A stretch of 64,000 nt of DNA from a virus (lineage: Duplodnaviria; Caudoviricetes), in IMG/VR virus record IMGVR_UViG_3300010262_000137, positions 1-64,000 of that record; one strand, given 5' to 3'. Positions within the stretch are counted from its first letter, which is position 1. Every line of letters starts with the position of its first letter. Below are positions 30,273 through 40,923 of the stretch, piece by piece. Position numbers and translations under genes: made by a program. The notes beneath the pieces were generated by a model. It did not search any database, was not told the DNA's origin, and saw only the letters and a list, made by a program, of their open reading frames with translations.

Positions 30273-30378
30273 AAAATTTAAAGAAAGTAGTAAAGTTTAA
30301 CTATAAAGTAGTTTATTTTACCACTTTCTTTTTTTTATCTAAAATTTCCCTTGTAATAACGAGCAAGGAGGTATAGAA

Positions 30379-30735
30379 ATGGAATATTTTTTAGAATTGG
30401 CAATTGGTACAGTCATTACAGTTATCACTTACTTTTTAAAAAAAACAATGGATAAAATCGACAAAACAGAACATAAAGTTCAACAAATTGAAAAAGATTA
30501 TATTACCGAAATTGCTCACGAAAAGATTATTAAAGAAATAAAGAAAGATATTCAAGACATCAAAACTGACTACACGCCCAAAACTGAATTTAAGGAAGCG
30601 GTAAAAGAATTCAGAAATGATTTAAAAGAAGCGCAAAAGCAGTTTTTAACAAAAGAGGATTTTATTCGTGAACAACGAAAAACGGAAAACAAACTAGATG
30701 AAATCTATAAATTACTGTTGAAAGAGAGAGGATAG
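30379..30735 (+). CDS. phage protein with N-terminal TM and coiled coil
   Basis: Hydrophobic N-terminus, heptad pattern. Confidence 0.55.
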   Translation: MEYFLELAIGTVITVITYFLKKTMDKIDKTEHKVQQIEKDYITEIAHEKIIKEIKKDIQDIKTDYTPKTEFKEAVKEFRNDLKEAQKQFLTKEDFIREQRKTENKLDEIYKLLLKERG

Positions 30736-30737
30736 AA

Positions 30738-31079
30738 ATGGCAGATAAAGAAATGTTAAAGAAGCGACTAGAAGCTGCTAACTTTATTAGCAACAATGGT
30801 CGTGTGTTAAGAACAATTAACGTTCTTAGATATAAGTATAACGAACTTAAAAGCGTTGAAACAGTGTTAGAAATGGATGGAGTTGAAAAGTGGGAATTTT
30901 TAGACTGTATCAACTATCTAACTGAAGAAAAATATATTCGTTTAAGAGATATCGCTACAAAAAATGAAGTATTGGAGCTATCTCAGGATGTCAACTACAG
31001 AAACCTTGAAGCTAAACTTACTAGCAAAGGAATAAGACTTTTAGCAAGAAACATTGTAGACGATATGGTCGAGGTATAA
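30738..31079 (+). CDS. phage hypothetical protein (winged-helix-like)
   Basis: INYLTEEKYIRL...AKLTSKGIRLL; usual position before DUF3486 in Mu-like phages. Confidence 0.55.
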   Translation: MADKEMLKKRLEAANFISNNGRVLRTINVLRYKYNELKSVETVLEMDGVEKWEFLDCINYLTEEKYIRLRDIATKNEVLELSQDVNYRNLEAKLTSKGIRLLARNIVDDMVEV

Positions 31080-31083
31080 GCCT

Positions 31084-31632
31084 ATGGCTAATCGAAAACA
31101 CAGTAAGATTGACAACTTGCCTGAAGATCTTAAATCTGTAGTTGAAACTATGCTTCAGTCCGATGCAACTTATACGGAAATCGTAGAGTTCCTAAAAGAA
31201 AATGAACAATCGGTATCAGTAGCCAGTGTGTGTAGATATGCTCGTTCATTCAATGCCAATATGGAAGCGTTGAAGATGACGCATCAGAATTTCAAGCTGG
31301 TAAAAGAAGAATTGGATCGTAATCCTGATCTAGATATGGCAGAAGCGATTATTCGTATCACATCAGGCAACGTGTTTAATCGCTTAGCAAGCACGAAAGA
31401 AGAAGACTGGGATGAAGTAGATCTAGCGAAACTGATGAAGGAGTCTAATGCTCTTATTCGTGCGACTGCGTATAAGAAAAGAGTTGAAATCCAAAACCAA
31501 GATGTTAAGGATGCAGCGATTGAAGAATTTAAAACATTATTGTTCTCTTCTATGGCGAAGGAAAAACCTGAACTATACAAAGAACTTGTCAAATATTTAA
31601 ATGCAAAGAAAACAGAAGAAATGGAGGGATAG
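31084..31632 (+). CDS. DUF3486 / Mu gp27-like small terminase
   Basis: RKHSKIDNLPEDLK...VSVASVCRY signature. Confidence 0.8.
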   Translation: MANRKHSKIDNLPEDLKSVVETMLQSDATYTEIVEFLKENEQSVSVASVCRYARSFNANMEALKMTHQNFKLVKEELDRNPDLDMAEAIIRITSGNVFNRLASTKEEDWDEVDLAKLMKESNALIRATAYKKRVEIQNQDVKDAAIEEFKTLLFSSMAKEKPELYKELVKYLNAKKTEEMEG

Positions 31633-31634
31633 AT

Positions 31635-32150
31635 ATGTGGTGCGTGATACAAGTGAAAGGAAGCCAAGAACTTCAAATACAGAAGCAATTGGAGTCAGCT
31701 GGGTATCAATCCCTTGTTCCAAGAGAAAGTCGCTTGATTCGTTCAGGAGGCGCTTGGATTCAAAGAGAATACATATTATTCCCTAACTATGTTTTTGTAG
31801 AGACCGACTTCGAAGCAGAAGACTTCTACAAGATAAAAGGTATTAATGGTGTGCAACGTTTCTTGGGGAACAAAAGTTCCCCCTCCTCTCTTACTTTCCT
31901 AGAAGAAGAGTGGGTAAAAATTTTAAACAACGATGGACATCCATTAGAGCCGACTGAGGTAACGATAGATGAAGATGGAAATGTCATCATTTTAAAAGGT
32001 ATCCTTTTAAAATTTAAAAGCAGAATTAAAAGTTTTAATAAAAGACAAAGAAAAGCAACATTTGAAATTACTGTATGTAATGAAATTAAAGAAATCACGT
32101 TGAGTTTGAATGTGATTGACACTACAAAGCCAACAGAAACAAACGGTTGA
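31635..32150 (+). CDS. NusG-paralog transcription antiterminator
   Basis: WCVIQVKGSQE...ILFPNYVFVE...GVQRFLG NGN domain; KOW-like C-terminus. Confidence 0.85.
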   Translation: MWCVIQVKGSQELQIQKQLESAGYQSLVPRESRLIRSGGAWIQREYILFPNYVFVETDFEAEDFYKIKGINGVQRFLGNKSSPSSLTFLEEEWVKILNNDGHPLEPTEVTIDEDGNVIILKGILLKFKSRIKSFNKRQRKATFEITVCNEIKEITLSLNVIDTTKPTETNG

Positions 32151-32340
32151 TTCGTCCTGTACGTGGAAATTGGTGGTTAAATAGCATGAACTATCCTAGA
32201 AAATAAAATTTCTCGGATGGCGAAGCATACCCTAATGTTCATAAAGGGCGCATTACCTTTTAATTCGCACAAAACCCCCTTTAAAAAACGAATTAGACAC
32301 AAAGTGGAGTAATTGTGGGGTGACAACATAAATAACGCTT

Positions 32341-32365
32341 AAAATCGCTTTATAGCGGTTTTTTT
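32341..32365 (+). terminator. intrinsic terminator just before the terminase gene
   Basis: AAAATCGCT-TTAT-AGCGGTTTT plus T tract. Confidence 0.6.
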
Positions 32366-32388
32366 ATAAGACGAAAGGAGCTGATAGA

Positions 32389-34155
32389 ATGGGAAGACTC
32401 AAAAAAAGAAGTTTAGAAATGCTTTTGGAAGGAATTTTGGAAGCTGAAAATCAAATAGCCGATAGTGAAGCATATGATACGCAAGAATATACAGCCTATT
32501 TGAATGACCTTTTAAAAGAGTTTTTAAAAAAGGACAACAACCTTTTAAGAAAACAACTTCTTGATGATTTTGAAAGAGGTGCTCCTCTTACTGGCAAGAA
32601 TGGAATACGAAAAAAATTGGCTTCGTTTGATATGGAATTTTTTGGAAGAGCCTACCTCCCTCATTACTTTGTCAGAAAGTCTCCCCACTTTCATGAAGAG
32701 CTCGACAACATTTGGAAGCATGGTGTTATGAAGGATGAAGTCCCACTTTCAAAAAGAGTTCAAAAGAAGATAAGCAGAATGGAAGGTTGTAAAAGAGCGA
32801 TAGCAGCACCTCGTGGTCATGCAAAATCAACCAACCTTACATTCAAAGGTTCACTTCATGCAGCGCTATATGAGTATAAGCACTACATCATTATCTTGTC
32901 CGATAGTTCAGAACAGGCTGAAAGTTTCTTAGATTCTATTAAAACCGAGATGGAAGAAAATGAGCATATCGTCGAAGATTTTGGAAAACTAGATGGCAAG
33001 GTATGGCGTTCTAACGTTTTATTAACCAAGACAAACATCAAAATCGAAGCTATTGGTTCAGGCAAAAAGATTCGTGGTAGAAAACATAAGAATTGGAGAC
33101 CTGATTTATTGGTTCTTGATGATATTGAGAATGATGAAAATGTAAGAACAATTGACCAGCGAAAGAAACTATCCGACTGGTTTTATAAGGCAGTATCGAA
33201 AGCTGGCGATGATTACACCGATATCATTTACATCGGAACAATGCTTCATTATGATTCATTGCTTGCCAATGTCTTAAAAAATCCAAGCTATAAAAGTATT
33301 AAATATCAAGCAGTCCTTTCTTTTTCCACTGCAGTTAATCTATGGGATGAATGGGAAAAGATATATACCGACCTTGATGAACCTGAACACGAAGCTGAAG
33401 CGTTGAAGTTTTTTGAACAACATAAAAAAGAAATGCTGGAAGGCACAAAAGTGTTATGGGAAGACAAACTTTCCTATTACAACCTTATGTGTATCAAAGT
33501 ATCTGAAGGCGATGCATCGTTCAATTCAGAATTACAGAATGAACCAATCAGCCCTGATGACTGCTTATTCCAAGAAGAATGGTTTGATTACTACAACGAA
33601 TATGAAATGAACTTCAATTCAAAGGATTTTGAGTTCTATGGAGCAGTAGATCCATCGCTTGGTAAGAATAAGAAATCAGACTATTCAGCCATTATCACTA
33701 TCGCTAAACAAAAGGCAACTGGATATATGTATGTCCTTGATGCCGATGTAATGCGTAGACATCCTGATCGCATCATTAACGATGTGCTTGAAAAAGAAAG
33801 ATGGCTTAGAAAGACTTACGGCATAGGTTATAAAAAACTTGGATGCGAAACTGTACAGTTCCAATGGTTCTTAAAAGAGGAAATTTCCAAGGCTTCTGCC
33901 AAAGCTGGTCTTTACTTGCCGATTGAAGAAATTAATTCAACTGGTGACAAGGTGCTGCGTATTCAATCGTTGCAACCTGATATCAAGAATAAATACATCA
34001 AGTTCAATCGTAGACACAAATTGCTTTTAGAACAGCTTAAGCATTTCCCTATGGCAAGTCATGATGATGCGCCTGATGCATTAGAAATGGCACGAACGAT
34101 TGCTAAAAAAGGAAAGAGATTCAGAATATTAGACCGTTCGCTTTTTGGAGGATAG
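32389..34155 (+). CDS. terminase large subunit
   Basis: AAPRGHAKS Walker A, LVLDDIEND Walker B, VDPS and HDDAPDAL nuclease motifs. Confidence 0.93.
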   Translation: MGRLKKRSLEMLLEGILEAENQIADSEAYDTQEYTAYLNDLLKEFLKKDNNLLRKQLLDDFERGAPLTGKNGIRKKLASFDMEFFGRAYLPHYFVRKSPHFHEELDNIWKHGVMKDEVPLSKRVQKKISRMEGCKRAIAAPRGHAKSTNLTFKGSLHAALYEYKHYIIILSDSSEQAESFLDSIKTEMEENEHIVEDFGKLDGKVWRSNVLLTKTNIKIEAIGSGKKIRGRKHKNWRPDLLVLDDIENDENVRTIDQRKKLSDWFYKAVSKAGDDYTDIIYIGTMLHYDSLLANVLKNPSYKSIKYQAVLSFSTAVNLWDEWEKIYTDLDEPEHEAEALKFFEQHKKEMLEGTKVLWEDKLSYYNLMCIKVSEGDASFNSELQNEPISPDDCLFQEEWFDYYNEYEMNFNSKDFEFYGAVDPSLGKNKKSDYSAIITIAKQKATGYMYVLDADVMRRHPDRIINDVLEKERWLRKTYGIGYKKLGCETVQFQWFLKEEISKASAKAGLYLPIEEINSTGDKVLRIQSLQPDIKNKYIKFNRRHKLLLEQLKHFPMASHDDAPDALEMARTIAKKGKRFRILDRSLFGG

Positions 34156-34165
34156 GAGGTAAAAA

Positions 34166-35518
34166 ATGGCAGTAATTTATATGGATAAAGAGAGTTTTAA
34201 CTCTTTGGATGAAAATGATATCAAAAGGATCTATATGGAAAATCGATATTTAAACAGTACATATAGAACTCTTGATAACTACTATGCTGGGAAGCATAAA
34301 ATCGTGTACAAGCAAAAATATAACGCAAACGATCCCAATAATAAGATTGTCAACAACATGTGTAAGTACATAACCGATAGCATGGTTGGTTATTTTGTTG
34401 GAGATCCTATCAAATACAACTCACAGAATGATGAGTATATGGAAAAGATACAGAATGTACTTGAATACAACGATGAGCAGGATGAAAACACAGAAATCGC
34501 TAAAAAGACATCCATTCATGGCGATTGTTTTGAAATTCTATATATAGACGAAGATGCCAACATTCGTTTTGCGAAAGTTCCAGCAAACGAAGGTATCTTG
34601 ATTCGTGATTCAGGTGGCGAAGATAACTATTTAGGTTTTATTCGCATAATTCGTTCATATACCAAGCGAAAGGTCGAAATATTGAAATTGGAATTCAGTA
34701 CAAGTGAAAGCACTTGGTATTTTGAGTCAAGAGCTGGTGGAAGTCTTCAATTGATAAACATTATTGATCATTATTGGAACGATGTTCCTGTTGTTGAATA
34801 TGTAAACAACGAAGAGCGTATTGGTGACTTTGAAGGAATTATTAGTATTATCGACGCCTATAACACTGTTCAATCGAATACTGCAAACTTATTCCAGTAC
34901 AACGATGAGGCATTGATGAAGATTTCTAAACTTGGCGATGTAACAACAACCGACATTCAAGAAATGCGTAAAAAAGGAGCAATCATTCTTGACGATGGTG
35001 GCGATGTATCTTGGATGTTGAAAGAGATCAATGATACAGCTTTAGAAAACTATAAGAACCGACTGGTAAGCGATATGCATTTGTTTAGTTCAGTTCCGAA
35101 TATGACAGATAATGCTTTTTCAGGAAATCTTTCAGGTGTGGCTATTTCTTACAAGATGTGGTCAATGGATCAAGTTATAGCCATCAAAGAAAGAAAATTC
35201 AAAAAATCGCTTCAAAGAAGGATTGAACTGATTACCAATATCTTGAATTTATTCGGTGGCAATTATGATTATCGAGATATCAACATCGTATTCAATCGAA
35301 ATCGACCTCAAAACAAGCTAGAGAACGCTCAAATTGCTCAAATGATATCACCATTTATTTCACATCAGACACTTCTTTCTAAATTGGATGATATTGAAAA
35401 TGTTCAAGAAGAATTAGAAAACATCAAAGAAGAAAACAAAGACGAAGAAGTCAAGCAAGGTGTTTATCAAAATCTAGCTAAGGCTTTTGAGTTAAATGAG
35501 GATGAATTGGATGAATAA
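34166..35518 (+). CDS. SPP1-type portal protein
   Basis: YYAGKH, NNMCKYITD, PVVEYVNNEERIGDFE, SGVAISYK. Confidence 0.9.
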   Translation: MAVIYMDKESFNSLDENDIKRIYMENRYLNSTYRTLDNYYAGKHKIVYKQKYNANDPNNKIVNNMCKYITDSMVGYFVGDPIKYNSQNDEYMEKIQNVLEYNDEQDENTEIAKKTSIHGDCFEILYIDEDANIRFAKVPANEGILIRDSGGEDNYLGFIRIIRSYTKRKVEILKLEFSTSESTWYFESRAGGSLQLINIIDHYWNDVPVVEYVNNEERIGDFEGIISIIDAYNTVQSNTANLFQYNDEALMKISKLGDVTTTDIQEMRKKGAIILDDGGDVSWMLKEINDTALENYKNRLVSDMHLFSSVPNMTDNAFSGNLSGVAISYKMWSMDQVIAIKERKFKKSLQRRIELITNILNLFGGNYDYRDINIVFNRNRPQNKLENAQIAQMISPFISHQTLLSKLDDIENVQEELENIKEENKDEEVKQGVYQNLAKAFELNEDELDE

Positions 35519-36527
35519 GAATGAAAAAGAAAAACAGCTAGCAATTGCCAAAGAGTGTCTTTTGGATGAGCTTAAAGAAATAGATGACATTGTAGATGAT
35601 TTGCTGGATGTCTATGATGAAGCAGCAAAACGGTTAAAAGCAGATATTCAACAATCCTTGATTCGTTTTGCAGAAAACAACGAAATATCTATTGAGGAAG
35701 CAAAAGGACTTCTAAGCAGCAAGGAATTTTCTAAATGGAAAAAAGGCATTAAAGAATACATTGAACAAATAGAAAAAGAAGCCGATGGAACAAAAATGTT
35801 ATTGGAATTAAATACTTTGTCAGCCAAGACCAGCATTTCAAGAAAGGAAGAACTACTTTCACAGATTGATAAAGAAATGATGACTTTAGCTAACAAAACT
35901 ACTAAAAGCATTAAAAAGCATCTTGGCATTGTACTTGTCAATAACTATTATCGTGGTTTCTATTCTGTTCAAAAAACAGTCGGCTTGGGATTTAATGTGG
36001 CAAGATTTAATCCTGATCTAGTTAAAAGTGTTCTTGAATACCCATGGTCAACGAAAGTGTATTCCAAAACCATTTGGGACAACATTGACAAATTGACCGA
36101 AACCTTAAGAAAAGAACTGGCAACAGGATTTGTGGATGGAAGTTCTATTCAAAAGATGACAAAGCGAATTGATGATGTTCTTGGTAAAGGCAAGTATGTA
36201 ACAGAGCGTGTTGTAAGGACGGAAGCGAAGTATTTTGCTCAACAAGCGCAGTTGATGTCATATAAAAAAATGAAAATAGATGAATATATGTATCGAGGTG
36301 CTGGATGTCCGAAATGCATACCATTGAATGGTCAAAAATTCAAAATCGAAGATGCAATAGTCGGTGTCAATTGTCCACCAATGCATCCGAATTGCAAATG
36401 CCGAGTAATCGCAGTCCATTCAATGAGTATTTTTGATTTAGAAAGAAATGTCGTTCCATTGGATAAGAATATCAACTATCAAAAATGGAAAGAAAGATTT
36501 GTTAAAAATGGTAATAAAGCGAAATAA
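35496..36527 (+). CDS. minor head protein (Mu gpF/SPP1 gp7 family)
   Basis: ERVVRTE and CPPMHPNCKC motifs. Confidence 0.85.
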   Translation: MRMNWMNKNEKEKQLAIAKECLLDELKEIDDIVDDLLDVYDEAAKRLKADIQQSLIRFAENNEISIEEAKGLLSSKEFSKWKKGIKEYIEQIEKEADGTKMLLELNTLSAKTSISRKEELLSQIDKEMMTLANKTTKSIKKHLGIVLVNNYYRGFYSVQKTVGLGFNVARFNPDLVKSVLEYPWSTKVYSKTIWDNIDKLTETLRKELATGFVDGSSIQKMTKRIDDVLGKGKYVTERVVRTEAKYFAQQAQLMSYKKMKIDEYMYRGAGCPKCIPLNGQKFKIEDAIVGVNCPPMHPNCKCRVIAVHSMSIFDLERNVVPLDKNINYQKWKERFVKNGNKAK

Positions 36528-36566
36528 GGCTTTGTTATAGATGAGTGGTTAAAGGAGGATAACGAA

Positions 36567-37193
36567 ATGGAAAAAGCTCAAGAAACAAAACAAGAAGAAA
36601 CAAAGTTAAAAACAATTGGCGAAAAAATCAAAGAAGTTGTTTTTGGCAAAAAGAGCGATGAAGAGACATCGCAATCAGAAGTTGTAGAAACAACAGTTGA
36701 AACAGAACCAACTGCTGAAGAGCCAAAGGCAGATGAAGTTCAAGAAGACGTTTTATCAAATGGAGATATGGATGCAGCCATTGAAAAAGCGAAAGCAGAA
36801 GCTATTGAAGAATATAAAAAAGCAGAAGCTGAAAAAGAAAGAAAAGCATCCTTGACACCTGAAGAGTTAAAAGCAGAAGAAGATGCTGAAAAAGACAAGA
36901 AGATTCAGGCGTTGGAACATGAAATCATGGTCAACAACTCTAAAAACGATGCAATTAAAAAATTAGATGAAGCTGGGTTGCCAGTTAAATTGGCAGATAT
37001 TATTAACTATTCTACAAAAGAATCTGCTGAAGCATCGTTAGAACACATTATTAAAACTTATAGTGAGTGTCTTGAAAATGGAATTAAAGAGAAGTTAAAA
37101 GGAAAGACACCTGAAGGGTTGCGTTCAAATACTGCAATCAATAATCTGCAAGATAAACAAAATTCAATGAGAAAATATATGGGTATTAAGTAA
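36567..37193 (+). CDS. scaffolding protein (DUF4355)
   Basis: Acidic coiled coil; LDEAGLPVKLAD...KLKGKTP. Confidence 0.75.
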   Translation: MEKAQETKQEETKLKTIGEKIKEVVFGKKSDEETSQSEVVETTVETEPTAEEPKADEVQEDVLSNGDMDAAIEKAKAEAIEEYKKAEAEKERKASLTPEELKAEEDAEKDKKIQALEHEIMVNNSKNDAIKKLDEAGLPVKLADIINYSTKESAEASLEHIIKTYSECLENGIKEKLKGKTPEGLRSNTAINNLQDKQNSMRKYMGIK

Positions 37194-37209
37194 TAGGAGG
37201 AAAGAAAAA

Positions 37210-38070
37210 ATGGAAAATGTAATTGATTATGCTACTTTATTTGCCCCTTTAATGGATGAACTTTACAAACAAGAGGCGAAAACTGCCATTCTCGAAGGTG
37301 ATGAAACAACAGTTAAGAAAGGTGCTCATGGAGAAATCAAGGTTGCAAAAATTGATATGGATGCACTTGGTGATTATGATCGTAAATCAGGATATACAAA
37401 AGGTGGCACAAAATTCTCTTGGGAAACAGTCAAATATGACAAAGAACGTTCTCAATCTTTGAATATTGACCGATTGGATAATGATGAAGCGTTAGAAATA
37501 CCAGCAGCAAAACTATTGAGCGAATTCATTCGTACAAAAGTTATTCCTGAAACGGATGCAGCACGTATTGCTAAAATCTGTGGAACTAGTGGTATCACAG
37601 TAAAAGAAGAAAAATTAGCTGATGGTGCAGCGGTTGTAAAAGCATTAAGAGCATCATCTGATAAATTGGACAACGATGAAGTGCCTGAAGAATCACGTAT
37701 ACTATTCATTGTCGGTTCTTACCTTTCAATGGTTGAAGATATGGATACAACAAAATCTAAAAAAATTTTAGATAAATTCTCAACAATCATTAAAATGCCA
37801 CAATCTAGAATGTACACTCAAATTACATTAGCAACTGGTGAAACTGAATATGGTTATAAGAAAACACCAACAACTGGTAAAAATGTTAACTTTGTTGTTG
37901 TTGAAAAATCAGCTGCAGTATCAGCAATGGAGCAATGGATTAAGTATTTCACACCTGATCAAAACCAAAATGGCGATTCTCATAAATGGGATTATCGAAA
38001 CAATAACTTATATGCACATGTTTATGAAAATAAATTAGCTGGAGTTTATTGCTCACACGATACTGAATAG
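37210..38070 (+). CDS. major capsid protein
   Basis: Follows the scaffold; LGDYDR...DRLDNDE...KVIPETDA. Confidence 0.8.
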   Translation: MENVIDYATLFAPLMDELYKQEAKTAILEGDETTVKKGAHGEIKVAKIDMDALGDYDRKSGYTKGGTKFSWETVKYDKERSQSLNIDRLDNDEALEIPAAKLLSEFIRTKVIPETDAARIAKICGTSGITVKEEKLADGAAVVKALRASSDKLDNDEVPEESRILFIVGSYLSMVEDMDTTKSKKILDKFSTIIKMPQSRMYTQITLATGETEYGYKKTPTTGKNVNFVVVEKSAAVSAMEQWIKYFTPDQNQNGDSHKWDYRNNNLYAHVYENKLAGVYCSHDTE

Positions 38071-38081
38071 GAGGACAAAAC

Positions 38082-38312
38082 ATGGAAACAAAAGGAACAG
38101 TGATTGGTTTAGGTACTAAAAAACCGACAAGCGAATTAGAAGAACTAAAAAAAGAACTTTCTAAAAAAGATAGTGAAATCAAAAAACTATCAGAAGAAAA
38201 TACTTCTTTGAAAAAGAATATTGATGAACTTGAAAAAGGAGGCTCTACAGATGGAACAAATGGCAAGGATACTGAAGGAGGTTCTGGAGCATCCAAAGGT
38301 AAGAAATCTTAG
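38082..38312 (+). CDS. phage hypothetical protein
   Basis: ORF with RBS, coiled coil. Confidence 0.5.
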   Translation: METKGTVIGLGTKKPTSELEELKKELSKKDSEIKKLSEENTSLKKNIDELEKGGSTDGTNGKDTEGGSGASKGKKS

Positions 38313-38646
38313 TGATGAACAAAAAGAACAGTTAGAACCGATTATCACACGATATGCAAGACGTGCTAAATTAAAGATTTTAGCACATTGCAATCGTGAT
38401 GATTTACCTGAAGCGCTGGAATCAGTGGTAGCAGAAATTACTGAAGAAATGCTGATGGCTGACAAAGTTATCGCTACCGATAACAAGGAAGTTGCCAGCG
38501 TAAGCCGAGGTGATACAAGCATTACCTACAAAGATCCTGCTTCAGCCTATAACAATGCAATTGACTTTATGAAAGATTATTCATGTCAATTAGTCCACTT
38601 TAAAAGAATGAGGCTTCCAAGAGATCCTAATGATGAGCGAAGCTGA
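38221..38646 (+). CDS. head-tail connector (SPP1 gp15-like); true start uncertain
   Basis: ILAHCNRDDLPEALE...SVSRGDTSITY. Confidence 0.75.
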   Translation: MMNLKKEALQMEQMARILKEVLEHPKVRNLSDEQKEQLEPIITRYARRAKLKILAHCNRDDLPEALESVVAEITEEMLMADKVIATDNKEVASVSRGDTSITYKDPASAYNNAIDFMKDYSCQLVHFKRMRLPRDPNDERS

Positions 38647-38995
38647 AATTCTAGCATTAACTTATTACGATAAAATGAGCGTTTATCGACCTTTTAAAGA
38701 CACTTTACCAACTGGCGAAAGTGTCTTTTATAAAGGTCTAGATGGCAAGAAAATATATGATGATATACCATGCGCTTTGTCTAGCTTTTCTAATGGCAAG
38801 TCAAACAAGAATGATGTAAACGTGAAAATCGAAAGTGACTATAAGTTATTTTATGATCCAAAAATCAAAGTCGAAAAGAATGACACGATTGTTTGCACAC
38901 ACGAAGGCACACGCTATGTATTGGTGGCTGGAAAGCAATATACCCTACCAAGTCATGCAGAACTTCCAGTCTTGGAGGAAAAGAACACAGCATGA
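38630..38995 (+). CDS. head closure-like protein
   Basis: Position and YDDIPCALS...KLFYDP...KNDTIV pattern. Confidence 0.6.
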   Translation: MMSEAEILALTYYDKMSVYRPFKDTLPTGESVFYKGLDGKKIYDDIPCALSSFSNGKSNKNDVNVKIESDYKLFYDPKIKVEKNDTIVCTHEGTRYVLVAGKQYTLPSHAELPVLEEKNTA

Positions 38996-39396
38996 GTCAA
39001 ACGGATATTGTTATTGAAGGTTTGGATGAATTTGAAAAGAAGCTTGCAAAGATTATTTCACATGATTATCCACGTGAGTTTGAAAAGATGGTCATTCAAA
39101 TTGCAACGGATCTTCAAATTGCTACTGCAGATGCTACTCCAGTTGATACGAGCAGGCTTCAAGAAAATTGGTTTGTCGGAGACCTGGTCAAACGAGGAAA
39201 TGACTATTACATCGAGGTATATAACAATGTTGAGTATGCCGAACCTGTCGAGTATGGACATAGAACAAAAAACGGTGGTTTTGTTGAAGGAGCTCATATG
39301 ATGGAAATATCAGTAGAACTTTTAAAAATACAGTTACCTTCCTTTTTAAGAGACTGGTTGAGTGATTTCATAAATAATCATGATCTAAATGATTAA
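38992..39396 (+). CDS. HK97 gp10-like protein
   Basis: TPVDTSRLQENW...NNVEYAEPVEYGHR. Confidence 0.85.
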   Translation: MSQTDIVIEGLDEFEKKLAKIISHDYPREFEKMVIQIATDLQIATADATPVDTSRLQENWFVGDLVKRGNDYYIEVYNNVEYAEPVEYGHRTKNGGFVEGAHMMEISVELLKIQLPSFLRDWLSDFINNHDLND

Positions 39397-39838
39397 GATT
39401 ACAGAAATTAAAACGACCATAACCAGCCTTTTGAAAAAAACGGAAGATATTGATGTGTTTTTTACAAATGTCAGCAAAACGGATTCGAATGTTGAAGAAA
39501 ACCGAATTTATAAGTATTTCTATGTTTCTTTGATTCCAATTAGTACAGCGCTATTTGGAAAGTATTTGAGAGATAGAGCGTTGTTTGTGGATGTCGCTTA
39601 TATCAATGACGAAGCAGATAACAATACTTTCTGTAATTGGATGGAAACAATGGATCAAAACTTTTTACCTTATGTTCAAATCGGCAAACGCTCAATCACA
39701 ATAGAAAACAGTTCTTTTAAAATCGTGGACAATATAGGACATTACACTTTCACATTAAAGTTTAGAGATGTGATTGATTATAAAGAGCAAGGTGTGCTTG
39801 CAGAAAATCTAAACATTAACTTTGTACAGGAGGATTAA
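39389..39838 (+). CDS. tail terminator-like protein
   Basis: Position directly before the sheath gene. Confidence 0.55.
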   Translation: MIKITEIKTTITSLLKKTEDIDVFFTNVSKTDSNVEENRIYKYFYVSLIPISTALFGKYLRDRALFVDVAYINDEADNNTFCNWMETMDQNFLPYVQIGKRSITIENSSFKIVDNIGHYTFTLKFRDVIDYKEQGVLAENLNINFVQED

Positions 39839-39843
39839 ATTTT

Positions 39844-40905
39844 ATGAATTTACCACAAATTGTAATTGAGTTTAAAAGCAAAGCTCAATCTATCATTCAA
39901 CGAAGCGAACGTGGAGTTGTTGCAGTTATTCTAAAAGACAACACAGAAGGTGCGAGTCCATTTAGTATTTATAAAAGTTTGAGTGATGTAGATTTTGAAA
40001 AGATGAGCGAGAAAAACTATCGCTATTTGAAATTGATTTTTGACGGTGCGCCATACAAAGTCATGGTCGCAGTTGTTTCTGAAGATGAAAATAACTACAG
40101 TGGTGCGTTAAAAATCTTAGAAAACTATAAATGGAACTATCTAGTTGTCCCATCAGCGGATGTAGAAAGCACTCCAGTTATTAGTTCATGGATCAAAGAG
40201 CAAAGAACCAATAACAAGAAAACATTTAAAGCAGTGCTTGCTAATCATGCTGCAGATTGCGAAGGGATTATTAATTTCACAACTGAGAATATCGTTTCAA
40301 CCATTACAGGTAGTGAAGTGAAGCTAACGGCTGCTGAATATTGTGCTCGTATTGCTGGGATCGTTGCAGGATTAAGTTTGTCTCGCAGTTTAACATACTA
40401 TGTTCTAACAGATATTATCTCAGCCGATATTCCTAGCAATCCTGAAGAATTAGTCAATAAAGGCGAATTGGTTATTTTATTCGATGGAGAAAAATACAAA
40501 ATCGCAAGAGGTATCAATAGTTATACTTCAGGAAACAATGAAGACCTTAAAAAAATTAAAGTTATCGAAGGCAAAGATACAGTCTATCAAGACATCAAGA
40601 CTACTTTTGAAGAAAAGTATATCGGTAAGGTTATTAATGATTATGACAATAAACAAAACCTCGTAGCAGCGATTATCACATACTTCAAAAGCATTGAAGG
40701 AGATGTCTTGGATCGTACTTACGATAACAGTTGTGCAATTTCACTTGAAGACCAACGCAGTTATTTAGAAAGCCAAGGCGAAGATACGGAAGCTATGAGT
40801 GATGTTGAAATCTTACAAGCCAATACAGGAAGTATGGTTTTCTTGACTGCAGCAATTAAGTTTGTTGATGCAATGGAAGATTTAAAAATGGAAATCAGTA
40901 TGTAG
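39844..40905 (+). CDS. tail sheath protein
   Basis: RSERGVVAVIL, YCARIAG, KIARGINS, FVDAMED. Confidence 0.88.
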   Translation: MNLPQIVIEFKSKAQSIIQRSERGVVAVILKDNTEGASPFSIYKSLSDVDFEKMSEKNYRYLKLIFDGAPYKVMVAVVSEDENNYSGALKILENYKWNYLVVPSADVESTPVISSWIKEQRTNNKKTFKAVLANHAADCEGIINFTTENIVSTITGSEVKLTAAEYCARIAGIVAGLSLSRSLTYYVLTDIISADIPSNPEELVNKGELVILFDGEKYKIARGINSYTSGNNEDLKKIKVIEGKDTVYQDIKTTFEEKYIGKVINDYDNKQNLVAAIITYFKSIEGDVLDRTYDNSCAISLEDQRSYLESQGEDTEAMSDVEILQANTGSMVFLTAAIKFVDAMEDLKMEISM

Positions 40906-40923
40906 GAATAGGAGGATACAACA

